Positions 40,278-48,505 of a DNA stretch of 64,000 nt are shown in pieces; position 1 is the first letter of the stretch, and the number at the start of each line of letters is the position of its first letter. A program made the translations under genes and the position numbers. The stretch is from a virus: the IMG/VR virus record IMGVR_UViG_3300020183_000010; one strand, given 5' to 3'. The notes under the pieces are model-generated. The model was not told the origin of the DNA. It saw nothing but the letters and a program-made list of their open reading frames with translations, and ran no database searches.

Positions 40278-41114
40278 TTAGATTTTAGTCCCGCAATTAG
40301 GACAGAATTTCCAAGTTTGTTTTTTAATTCTTGTTCCACAATCAGTACAATAGTTTCTTATTGAAGAGGACTCTAATGGTTTTTGAGATTCTGGAAGTAT
40401 CCTGTATTTAAAAATTGCCACTGCTAAATTATTAAAATTTGCGGATACACTTTTAAATTCTTGGTCACTTGATTCTCCTATTTCTACTCTTCCTGTTTCC
40501 AAACTATTACTAGCATTAGATCCTTTTATTGAATCATTAGTCATGCTAGTAGTAGTAAATAAATTGTTTACAGTAGATCCTCCTAAAGAAAAATTAGGAT
40601 CTGTACAATACGAACCAAATACATCATAGCTGTAATATATTCCGGTAGATCCACCAATGTTAATATCCGGATTGTAAGGATACCCGCCAATGTTAATCGT
40701 TGGATTATAAGGAGCTCCTTTAAAGTATCCACCATTTCCTGTATAATTAGTTAAAGGCAGGGATTCCATGTAGAAAGAAACCTCCAGAATGCCATTATCA
40801 ATTATAGCATTAAGAGCTTCGTTAGATTTATCGACTTCATAAGTCTCAAAAAGGAACTTATTGTTTGTGTCAATAAATCTTTCCAGATAAATCCTTTCCC
40901 CTGGTCTCAATACTATACCAGATTCAGAAATCCTTTTACCATTTAGATTGATCTTCGCAAGGACCCTTGCTGTTGTGGGATTGAATAACTCAATCTCGAA
41001 ATTTTCTCCGTCTTTAAGGTAAACGGAATCACCATAGATCTTAGACCTATTTCTGTTTCTTGTGATGTGAGCTGTACAACCCCCCACATTCACTCTTGGC
41101 GTTGAATAATACAT
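40278..41114 (-). CDS. hypothetical protein with C-terminal double zinc ribbon
   Basis: YCTDCG...FCPNCG. Confidence 0.7.
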   Translation of the reverse strand: MYYSTPRVNVGGCTAHITRNRNRSKIYGDSVYLKDGENFEIELFNPTTARVLAKINLNGKRISESGIVLRPGERIYLERFIDTNNKFLFETYEVDKSNEALNAIIDNGILEVSFYMESLPLTNYTGNGGYFKGAPYNPTINIGGYPYNPDINIGGSTGIYYSYDVFGSYCTDPNFSLGGSTVNNLFTTTSMTNDSIKGSNASNSLETGRVEIGESSDQEFKSVSANFNNLAVAIFKYRILPESQKPLESSSIRNYCTDCGTRIKKQTWKFCPNCGTKI

Positions 41115-41222
41115 AAAGATTATTTTATTTGGCCCCTTCCTTCGCGTCCATTTCTGAAAGCTCTACGGTTTGTTGACCGGGAAGTGACTAGAAACCTCTA
41201 GTTCTATTATTATATAACTCTG

Positions 41223-41504
41223 TTAATAAAAGTTTCCAAATTTAGCTACTGGAATATATTCTTTTACGAGTTCAGAGTGGATAAGCTGTGGTATTCTTTT
41301 ATATTCTTTGTACCACTTATTACAAACATAAATATCTCTTCCTTTGTTGTCATCTATTATTTCAACAACATCATATTCTGCTTCCTCAAAAGGTCCTATT
41401 GCCTTAGTTATAACCTTTCCTATAATTGGCATTCTAGTTACGTCCTCCCCGCTATATTCCATACTTTCTTTTATATGAAATTCTTGTAGTTTTTTTATTT
41501 TCAT
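41223..41504 (-). CDS. hypothetical protein with capsid-targeting-like N-terminus
   Basis: MKIKKLQEFHIKES. Confidence 0.6.
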   Translation of the reverse strand: MKIKKLQEFHIKESMEYSGEDVTRMPIIGKVITKAIGPFEEAEYDVVEIIDDNKGRDIYVCNKWYKEYKRIPQLIHSELVKEYIPVAKFGNFY

Positions 41505-42343
41505 TTTACAGCATTTATTCCTAAGGGTACAGTGTTAGCATTAACCTGTTTAGATTTCTCGGTATTTTCTAGATCCTGTTGTTGTATTTCCTGGTTTATA
41601 TAAGGATCCTCTATAGAATCTAGTAATCCCCTATAATACTCTAAAGGTTTCTTTGATCTATATGATTGAGGATCGGCAAAAGCTCCAGTAAAGTTACCTA
41701 ATATATAATTGTTGTTATCATCCTGCTCTTCATCACTATTAAATATCTGATCAATATATTCGTAGTAATCTTTTTTAGACTTACCCCCGTCAGATGGAAA
41801 CTTCTTAAATGTTTCAACATTTTTATCTACAACATACGAAGGGAACTCCCATTTCCAGTCTTTTCTGATTGTTTCCGGGTAGAATGTTATCGAAGCAAAA
41901 TCCCCCGGAGATAATTCTCCCTTAAGATTCATTTCGTTTAACCACGTTTTATAAAAAGATCTAACTAGATCTAATTGATCAACATTACTCATCTCTAAAA
42001 CATCATTAGGCGAGTAATTTTTACCGGTATCGGGATTAATAAAAGTTTTTAATACAGAAGGCATAAAAGATAATAATCCAACCTGTCCAGAAACTTCGTC
42101 TTTGTATTTAGGATCAAATCTACTCTCGTGAAATATAGTGTGTAATAGCCATTCTGGTTTTATACCAAGCTCTTCAGATATTTTTATAAGCTTCTTTAAG
42201 AATTTATTACGATTCTCTTCTATATAGCTCATGTAAGGTAACTCAGTAACGGTTTCCATCTTGTAAGAGGCAGGATCTATTTTTTCCACCTTTACATTTT
42301 CAAATAAAGAGAAGCTTTTAAAGTCTTTTAGATGTCTCAACAT
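41501..42343 (-). CDS. lytic transglycosylase / lysozyme-like protein with capsid-targeting-like N-terminus
   Basis: HESRFDP, GLLSFMP, QLDLV; N-terminus MLRHLKDFKSFSLFE. Confidence 0.65.
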   Translation of the reverse strand: MLRHLKDFKSFSLFENVKVEKIDPASYKMETVTELPYMSYIEENRNKFLKKLIKISEELGIKPEWLLHTIFHESRFDPKYKDEVSGQVGLLSFMPSVLKTFINPDTGKNYSPNDVLEMSNVDQLDLVRSFYKTWLNEMNLKGELSPGDFASITFYPETIRKDWKWEFPSYVVDKNVETFKKFPSDGGKSKKDYYEYIDQIFNSDEEQDDNNNYILGNFTGAFADPQSYRSKKPLEYYRGLLDSIEDPYINQEIQQQDLENTEKSKQVNANTVPLGINAVK

Positions 42344-42353
42344 CTAGTATATA

Positions 42354-43157
42354 TCATCGTATCAAATTCTTAAGCATAGGTTTTTCTGAAGCCCATGCGT
42401 GAAGTGAAGTTATGTGCATTGTTAGCATACCTGGTTTAACATCCTTCCAATTTTCGGGATCTTTTTGTTTACACTTTTCGATAAGCCAAAATACCTTTCT
42501 AGCACATAAATAAATATCGTCTCTGAAGTGTCTAAAGAAATCACACGATCTAATGTAGTAAACAACATGAACCCATTCACCCCTTCTTATAAAGTGATAT
42601 CCTATTGTACAAGGAACTCTTTCACCATGAACAGATCCTGTATCTTCTGGATACCATATAGGGAGGAATGCTTGCCTAGTAAAAGGCTCTCTAGCCATTA
42701 GATTAATAACATCTGCAAAATCACCATAGTGATATCGTATTCCCTTTAGAGTTACACCAGATTTTCTAGTTGGTGAATCCTCCTCACCATATTTTCCCCA
42801 TATTCTTTCTGGATACGTGTGTGAGAATTTTTCATCTCCTCCAAACTCAGCATTGTTTTTTTGTGCATAAGGCCACCGAACATGGGAGGGGGGTGGGTTA
42901 AGAGGAGATCCACTAACTCTTTCTTCAAAGTGCTCATCTGCCCAATCGAAATTTGGTTTAATTTGATTTCCTATCTCTTTTAAATCTGGATCCATCTGAC
43001 ACGAAAAAGATAGATTTAGTGTTTCAATCATAGCATATCTGGGATCATGTTTAATCTCCTTACCCTGCCATTTTTCAGTATGGACAACGTAGGAATAATC
43101 ATACATCTGTTCAGCAGTCCATCTAACTACCTGGTCAAATTTCCCAAATTTTTTCAT
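42354..43157 (-). CDS. thymidylate synthase-family enzyme, dCMP hydroxymethylase-like
   Basis: TRQA, catalytic PC, YIRSCDFFRHFRDD, HITSLH. Confidence 0.75.
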   Translation of the reverse strand: MKKFGKFDQVVRWTAEQMYDYSYVVHTEKWQGKEIKHDPRYAMIETLNLSFSCQMDPDLKEIGNQIKPNFDWADEHFEERVSGSPLNPPPSHVRWPYAQKNNAEFGGDEKFSHTYPERIWGKYGEEDSPTRKSGVTLKGIRYHYGDFADVINLMAREPFTRQAFLPIWYPEDTGSVHGERVPCTIGYHFIRRGEWVHVVYYIRSCDFFRHFRDDIYLCARKVFWLIEKCKQKDPENWKDVKPGMLTMHITSLHAWASEKPMLKNLIR

Positions 43158-43201
43158 TTATGCTATTTTCTTTATTATATGATAGTTTTTTTAAAGGTTT
43201 C

Positions 43202-44266
43202 TTATTTATGGAACCTATCGAAAGAATTTTTAGATATTTTATTGAACCGGACTTTGCCAATAAATTCTCCTATAGTTAAACAATCAGTATAACTCATAGC
43301 AGACCTTAAATAATCTTTGAAATTTTCGGTCCATCCACTTAGAGTGTATTCAACTGGCTGCATTTTAGAAATACCTTCTGATGTTTTTAATTCAGTTTTA
43401 CCTAGACTTTTTTGTACGTCTTTAGTTGACATACCTCTAAACTTCTTAAAGAATTTTCTTCCTGCCTCGAATTGTAAAAGTATATCAATTGAATATTGAT
43501 CTACTAGATCACCCGGCTCTTTCCAAGATCCGTAATCTTTATTCTCCTCATAAGTTTCTCCACAGCTTTCGAGAGCTTTATTGAATATACTTCCTAACAT
43601 TACATAGTCAGCACCTAGAGCTAAAGCCTTTATAACATCAGCATATTTTTTAAATCCTCCATCAGCTACTATTTTAGTTGAGAGATTTCTTTCTTGCTGT
43701 ATCTTAGACGTCTCGTATATCAAAGAAGCCATTGGATATCCTACACCTGTTTGAACTGTGGTTAAACATCCTGCTCCGTTTCCTATTCCCATTCTAACAT
43801 AATCAGCACCTGCTTGTGCTAATGAAAGATAAGTAATAGGATTAGCACAATTACCAACCATTAAAACTAAGCTTCTTCCGTATATTTCTTTAGATTGCTC
43901 AACTAATTCTTTTACTAAGTTCATGTGTCCATTAGCTATGTCAATTAGGGCATATGCTTTCTCGCCTAATTTTATATCAGCCTTATTGTCTATGAATATT
44001 TTTTTAAAATCGTCCAGTCCATAAGAAAGCCAAACTTTTGGATCTATTGAAACATCTGCTAAAGTGTATTCGGTTTTTCTTGGTATAATGCTATAAATTT
44101 TATGAGAATTAAAAACTTGGTAATTTTCCATGCTTATTACTGTGTCCATTGGAGCGGTAAAAAGAGGAAGCATTTGTTTTTGATCGAAAACGTCAACGTT
44201 CTTTCTTGAACGTATACTTGTGTGCATTTCCGGTTCTATTAGTATGTCGTCGAAATCAAATAGCAT
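43202..44266 (-). CDS. IMP dehydrogenase / GMP reductase family enzyme (no CBS domains)
   Basis: FDDILI, APMDTV, IDIANGH, GIGNGAGCLT, ADGG, KALALGADYVMLG, FRGMS, SEG, LRSAMSY. Confidence 0.88.
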   Translation of the reverse strand: MLFDFDDILIEPEMHTSIRSRKNVDVFDQKQMLPLFTAPMDTVISMENYQVFNSHKIYSIIPRKTEYTLADVSIDPKVWLSYGLDDFKKIFIDNKADIKLGEKAYALIDIANGHMNLVKELVEQSKEIYGRSLVLMVGNCANPITYLSLAQAGADYVRMGIGNGAGCLTTVQTGVGYPMASLIYETSKIQQERNLSTKIVADGGFKKYADVIKALALGADYVMLGSIFNKALESCGETYEENKDYGSWKEPGDLVDQYSIDILLQFEAGRKFFKKFRGMSTKDVQKSLGKTELKTSEGISKMQPVEYTLSGWTENFKDYLRSAMSYTDCLTIGEFIGKVRFNKISKNSFDRFHK

Positions 44267-44305
44267 AAGTTTATTTTTTACTTATGTTATAGAAGCTTAG
44301 CACAC

Positions 44306-44335
44306 AAAAAATCCCAGAATTCTGGGATTTTTTTT
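44306..44335. terminator. intrinsic terminator
   Basis: aaaaaatcccag-aatt-ctgggatttttttt. Confidence 0.75.
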
Positions 44336-44337
44336 AA

Positions 44338-44826
44338 TTATTCGGGAAGATAAGAAGTCCAGACATCCATACCCTTAGAAAAATTTCTAATAAAGTATCC
44401 GTATCCAGGTTTAAATGGCTTATGCCTCATTTTCATTCCTGCCTCTTCTGGTGTTCTATCACCTTTTTTACTGTTACATTTTGAGCAACATGTAGCAAGA
44501 TTTTCCCATATATTTATACCTCCTCTTGATTTAGGTCTAACGTGATCTATAGTAAGTTGCTTCGTAGAATCGCAGTATAAGCACTTTAATTCGTCTCTCT
44601 TAAATATGTTCTCTCTTGTGGGTTTTAGCTTCTTAAAAGGCAAAACAACGTACTTCAAAAGTCTTATTACCGAAGGTCTTTTATAAACATTTTGATCCGT
44701 AATAATTGGATTATCCTCGTCATGTTCTAGAATTTCCGCTTTCCCTTTGTATACAAGTTTGAATCCCCGAGCAAAGTTAGTAACGCTTACTGGCGTGAAG
44801 TCGTTATTTAATACTAGCACTTTCAT
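44338..44826 (-). CDS. HNH endonuclease
   Basis: VLVLN, RENIFKRD, CLYC, TIDHVRPKSRGG, WENL..CC..CN..KG. Confidence 0.9.
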   Translation of the reverse strand: MKVLVLNNDFTPVSVTNFARGFKLVYKGKAEILEHDEDNPIITDQNVYKRPSVIRLLKYVVLPFKKLKPTRENIFKRDELKCLYCDSTKQLTIDHVRPKSRGGINIWENLATCCSKCNSKKGDRTPEEAGMKMRHKPFKPGYGYFIRNFSKGMDVWTSYLPE

Positions 44827-44878
44827 AACACTACATTTTTACATACTGGTTTATTTATTTATCATTTTTTTAAAAAAA

Positions 44879-45609
44879 TTAAAGCTTATCTTCTTCGACG
44901 ATAGAATACCAAAAGTTATGCTGTCCGGATTTTTTTACCATCGACCAGAATTCGTTCCATTTCTCTTCTGTTGGTATTACTTGACATCCTGCGGAATATC
45001 CACCAACGCAAGGTATATCTTTAGATCCCTTTACTCCTTTAGGTGGTAATCCGTAATGGAAATTAGTTGCTGTTCCTAAATCTTTCTTTGGAGGATCATA
45101 GGTGGTTATATCACCATCACTCTTGGAAAATCTATTAACTCTTATCTCCTTAGCAGATAATCCAGGAATATCCGGTACTAAAGCAGGAATAGTTTTATTT
45201 ATAGACTTAAAAGAGTGCGTTCCTATTTTAAATTTATACTCTCAGTCATCTAGTATTGCAACGTCATGATCGTACCAAGCTACAGAAGGAACTGTGGTAG
45301 ATTGAAAGGGAGTAATTTTAGGATTATCCTTTTTAGCATTTTTAGGTATAAAATAAATACTATCTAAATATTTTTCCGGATTTTTTTTCCTTATCGATAA
45401 TTTTCTTCTAATACCAATTATTACTGCTTCCCCCCCTTATCTATAGATTTTATAGTTTCCGCATACTTTCCCAAACTTTTTAGATATCCATAAAGATCTT
45501 TAAAGTCTAGTGATATCTGAGGAACCGGGGGAGTTTCTTTACAATATTTTTTTATATACTCCTCTTTGTTGCTCTCGTTTATAAATTCGTAGTATTTTAG
45601 GATACTCAT
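44879..45609 (-). pseudogene. interrupted L,D-transpeptidase-like (YkuD-type) gene with capsid-targeting-like N-terminus
   Basis: 62-aa 5' piece shifts frame at a G7 run (45430-45436); continuation has one in-frame TGA (45242-45244) and ends NFHYG...VGGYSAGCQV...EEDKL*. Confidence 0.65.
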
Positions 45610-45624
45610 AATCTATATATCAAG

Positions 45625-45696
45625 TTTTCCCCCAAGGATTCGAACATCAATTCTGTGGATCAAAACCACATATCCTGCCAATTAGACGAGGGGAAA
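45625..45696 (-). tRNA. tRNA-Gln(TTG), possibly degenerate
   Basis: TTTCCCC/GGGGAAA acceptor, TGTGG-TTTTGAT-CCACA anticodon arm, TTCGAAT loop; mismatch in T stem. Confidence 0.7.
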
Positions 45697-45706
45697 AAGA
45701 ACAAAT

Positions 45707-45737
45707 AAAAAAAGGCTTCGAATAATCGAAGCCTTTT
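45707..45737. terminator. intrinsic terminator
   Basis: aaaaggcttcga-ataa-tcgaagcctttt. Confidence 0.75.
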
Positions 45738-45770
45738 CCAAAATATCTAAAAATGATTTTTGATATTTTT

Positions 45771-46166
45771 TTAGTAATATGTTTCAATTACTTCAATCTT
45801 AGATGCGTTGCCTCCTTCTAATTCACCCTCTACTTCACTAAATTCGTAATCCACGTCAGTTGAATCATAGGCATTGTAAAAAAGTTCAGAATCTTTTTCA
45901 ACTTTACCTTCAATCAAAGAATTTACGATCTCGTCTAGATTTTCTGAATCAGTTATGTGATCTCTAAGGATCTCAATAGCATCTTCATATTTCTCTATCC
46001 CCTTTTCCCCCTCGTACCCGTCCATGATACTATAGAACATTCCAAGAGCAAATACTACTGCCTCTTTTTGTGTTTTTCCAGTACCTATTGCGGTAAACTT
46101 TACCTTAGCATCTGGGTTAGTGTGGTCTACGTTCATTGTAAACCTTTTTAAAATTGATTTCTCCAT
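45771..46166 (-). CDS. hypothetical acidic protein
   Basis: 131-aa ORF. Confidence 0.6.
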   Translation of the reverse strand: MEKSILKRFTMNVDHTNPDAKVKFTAIGTGKTQKEAVVFALGMFYSIMDGYEGEKGIEKYEDAIEILRDHITDSENLDEIVNSLIEGKVEKDSELFYNAYDSTDVDYEFSEVEGELEGGNASKIEVIETYY

Positions 46167-46244
46167 AATAAAAAAAATTAAAGTGTTTATATATTATACA
46201 CGAAAGTAGAGAAATATAACGGCCTTAAAAAAAGATTTTTCAAT

Positions 46245-46763
46245 TTAAGATAAAAATTTAACGATTTTATCCTTGATTCCTGACTGTTTTATGCCCTCTT
46301 TGTATGGTTTAGTGGTCATTACAAAGTTTTCCAACTTGGAAAGATCAAGATCATCTACAGCAACCCAATGGGTTACCTCTGGATGGTTTTTAAGCCATTC
46401 CTTAATTTCTGTAACACGGATAGCTTCATAAAATCCCTTCCATTTAAAAAGTGCAAAACCATCCTCATCGAAATCTTTCATGTTTGGCGTGAGATCTATT
46501 GGAGGGTTAATTCCACGAGTGGTGTACATCTTCTGCATTTGTTCTAGATTTCCCCAGTTTTTCCAATCCGAAGAAACCACTATCTCACATCCAGTTAAAT
46601 CGATAATTTCTTTTAAAACCTTAACAGCCTTAGAATCAAAGCTGTCCATACGGATATCTAGAGGGGTTTCTGGATTACTATCATACCCCTTCTTCTTGAA
46701 TCGTCCTCCCCATTGTGAAGAAAGGCAGATTACTCCATCATGATCTAAGAATATTACTTTCAT
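46245..46763 (-). CDS. HAD phosphatase, Swiss-army-knife RNA repair type
   Basis: FLDHDGV, IVVSSDW, R..EI..WL, VAVDDLD; directly downstream of tRNA cluster. Confidence 0.8.
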   Translation of the reverse strand: MKVIFLDHDGVICLSSQWGGRFKKKGYDSNPETPLDIRMDSFDSKAVKVLKEIIDLTGCEIVVSSDWKNWGNLEQMQKMYTTRGINPPIDLTPNMKDFDEDGFALFKWKGFYEAIRVTEIKEWLKNHPEVTHWVAVDDLDLSKLENFVMTTKPYKEGIKQSGIKDKIVKFLS

Positions 46764-46776
46764 CTATCTCTTGTTG

Positions 46777-46850
46777 TGGTCCCTCACGGGCTCGAACCGT
46801 GGACCTACTGATTATGAGTCAGTTGCTCTAACCTACTGAGCTAAGGGACC
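46777..46850 (-). tRNA. tRNA with CAT anticodon, Ile2-type body
   Basis: GGTCCCTTAGCTCAGTAGGTTAGAGCA-ACTGA-CTCATAA-TCAGT...GGTTCGAGCC...AGGGACCA. Confidence 0.88.
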
Positions 46851-46858
46851 TTTTGGTG

Positions 46859-46942
46859 TACCCAGAGAGGGACTCGAACCCTCACACCTCTCGTCACTAG
46901 ATCCTAAAAAATCTAGCGTGTCTACCATTTCACCACCTGGGC
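46859..46942 (-). tRNA. tRNA-Leu(TAG) with expanded 10-nt anticodon loop
   Basis: GCCCAGGTGGTGAAATGGTAGACAC, CTAGA-TTTTTTAGGA-TCTAG, long variable arm, GGTTCGAGTCC. Confidence 0.8.
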
Positions 46943-46946
46943 TTAG

Positions 46947-47019
46947 TAGCGGGAGCCAGATTCGAACTGGCGATCTCGGCTTATGAGACCGAGCGGATAA
47001 CCATCTTCCACATCCCGCA
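46947..47019 (-). tRNA. tRNA-Met(CAT), initiator-like
   Basis: TGCGGGA/TCCCGCT acceptor with 1:72 mismatch, TCGGT-CTCATAA-GCCGA, GTTCGAATC. Confidence 0.8.
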
Positions 47020-47026
47020 ATATCTG

Positions 47027-47100
47027 CGGTCCGTATGGGATTCGAACCCATGACCTCCGCCGTGACAGGGCGGCGTTGTGACCAACTCTACTAACGGACC
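47027..47100 (-). tRNA. tRNA-Asp(GTC)
   Basis: GGTCCGT/ACGGACC acceptor, CCGCC-CTGTCAC-GGCGG, GGTTCGAATCC. Confidence 0.92.
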
Positions 47101-47105
47101 AAAAA

Positions 47106-47215
47106 TAGGGATAAACACGGGCCTAGCAAGCCGTCTTTCAGGAAAGGCCCTTCTAACTGTTTATCCCCTGAACCTTCAAAACCCTGCCCAAACGGGATAG
47201 GGAAACCCAGTCCAA
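47106..47215 (-). ncRNA. unidentified GC-rich structured element inside the tRNA cluster
   Basis: Nested stems GGGATAAACA/TGTTTATCCC and GGGCCT/AGGCCC; no tRNA motifs. Confidence 0.4.
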
Positions 47216-47225
47216 TTTTTTTGCG

Positions 47226-47297
47226 TAGTCGGTACGGGATTCGAACCCGTGTGACAAGGATGAAAACCTTGTATCCTGACCCCTAGATTAACCGACC
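47226..47297 (-). tRNA. tRNA-Glu(TTC)
   Basis: GGTCGGT/ACCGACT acceptor, CAAGG-TTTTCAT-CCTTG, GGTTCGAATCC. Confidence 0.9.
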
Positions 47298-47301
47298 ATA
47301 A

Positions 47302-47313
47302 TTTCAAAGAACA
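47302..47313 (-). promoter_or_regulatory. boxA-like antitermination site before the tRNA cluster
   Basis: TGTTCTTTGAAA versus rrn boxA TGCTCTTTAACA; related copies at 48283-48294 and 54589-54600. Confidence 0.55.
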
Positions 47314-47321
47314 TATAAAAC

Positions 47322-47350
47322 AAAAAAACCTCTGAGGTTATCAGAGGTTT
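47322..47350 (-). terminator. attenuator terminator upstream of the tRNA cluster
   Basis: AAACCTCTGA-TAACC-TCAGAGGTTTTTTT. Confidence 0.75.
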
Positions 47351-47371
47351 AAATTATATCGTTATATTAAT

Positions 47372-47446
47372 TTAATTACTCTGACACTTTCCAATATCCT
47401 CAAGACGATCGAGTTGAACTTGTGAGATATTTAGAAATTGTTTCAT
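47372..47446 (-). CDS. putative 24-aa leader peptide MKQFLNISQVQLDRLEDIGKCQSN
   Basis: ATG...TAA between promoter and terminator; its 3' end GTCAGAG complements the terminator 5' arm. Confidence 0.5.
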   Translation of the reverse strand: MKQFLNISQVQLDRLEDIGKCQSN

Positions 47447-47467
47447 TGAAAGTTTTGTTTCTTTTTA

Positions 47468-47497
47468 TTATATACCTCAAAAGTACATAAAAGTTTC
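47468..47497 (-). promoter_or_regulatory. putative ECF-type promoter (GAAACT...TATA) for leader and tRNA cluster
   Basis: GAAACTTttatgtacttttgaggTATATAA; motif recurs upstream of other genes. Confidence 0.5.
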
Positions 47498-47525
47498 AGA
47501 TAAAAAAAATGATTTCTTGATTTTT

Positions 47526-47807
47526 TTATAAATTCCATGCTGGATTAGCAACTATTAGCATTCCATTCTCTACTCTTGGAATAGGCTTAGTTGAATAAAC
47601 ATCATCATATTGGATTTGATCCGGGTAGAATTTTTGACCTTGAAACATAATATAATTCTCTTCATCTTTACCCCTATGGCTCCACCCTTGTCCTCTTACA
47701 GAATCATGAGCTGCATCATCAACTGTTGGTCTACCAAAAAGAGCATCCCAGAATCCCTCGTTTACTTTTTCTGAAAATGATTCAAATTCGAATATATGTT
47801 TCATCAT
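47526..47807 (-). CDS. hypothetical protein with capsid-targeting-like N-terminus
   Basis: MKHIFEFESFSEKVNE. Confidence 0.65.
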   Translation of the reverse strand: MMKHIFEFESFSEKVNEGFWDALFGRPTVDDAAHDSVRGQGWSHRGKDEENYIMFQGQKFYPDQIQYDDVYSTKPIPRVENGMLIVANPAWNL

Positions 47808-48235
47808 TAATATTTATTTATATATCCATTATTAAATAAAAACTGATATATTGAATCTGCGTTTTCTTCTGCCCATGTTATAGCAATTTCTTCTATATCT
47901 ACACCTTTATAAGTTAAGTCTGTTCCGTGTATTTCTAATGACATGTGCATAGATTCGTGCATAATTAGTAATACATCTTTATATCCATTACCTAATCTTG
48001 TAGCATTTAAAAAAAGAAATAACTTGCTGTGATCTTCTGGGTATACGTTACATAAACCGGCTATATAGGCATTACCCGGATTATCATAGCAATCCTTTTT
48101 ATATAGACCGTGTAATTCTTCTACACCAAAGAAATTAAATATATCCTCAGATTTTTCCCCTACTATTAGTGTGTATTCTGGATACTGTTTAGTTAATATT
48201 GAATTATTAAAATCCTGTATACTCTTAATCTTCAT
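47807..48235 (-). CDS. HExxH metallopeptidase-like protein
   Basis: LIMHESMH...EE.A. Confidence 0.55.
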   Translation of the reverse strand: MKIKSIQDFNNSILTKQYPEYTLIVGEKSEDIFNFFGVEELHGLYKKDCYDNPGNAYIAGLCNVYPEDHSKLFLFLNATRLGNGYKDVLLIMHESMHMSLEIHGTDLTYKGVDIEEIAITWAEENADSIYQFLFNNGYINKY

Positions 48236-48295
48236 AATTTATATATCTAGAATCAAGTCTAGATCAATTAACCAACATTTCAAATCAAAGAACAT

Positions 48296-48328
48296 AAAAA
48301 ACCGGGACTTTTTAAAGGTCCCGGTTTT
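48296..48328 (-). terminator. attenuator-type terminator, second copy of the architecture
   Basis: AAAACCGGGAC-CTTTAAAAA-GTCCCGGTTTTTT followed by TGTTCTTTGA. Confidence 0.75.
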
Positions 48329-48505
48329 AATAATTATAGTTAAATCTAACACAGGACCTTTCAGGATCGTCTTATCGACGGTCTTAATATTGAAGGTAAT
48401 ATGTTAGTCGTTCCTTTTGTTTTGTTTCACAAATAAAATATAGGCTATCTTTATTGATAAAAAATGATTTAGAATCTTTTTTTATTTTTTTATTTTTTTC
48501 TACAA

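Noticed and set aside
45242-45244. In-frame TGA as a sign of stop-codon reassignment
   Set aside because: TGA, TAG and TAA all end conserved genes properly elsewhere, no suppressor tRNA is seen, and the same gene also has a frameshift.
46833-47051. 72-aa minus-strand ORF
   Set aside because: Lies entirely over tRNA genes; a by-product of GC-rich RNA sequence.
47106-47170. Structured element read as a hammerhead ribozyme or SRP RNA
   Set aside because: CTGAAAGA does not fit the CUGANGA core, and neither the GAAA...UH arrangement nor the SRP helix 8 motif is present.
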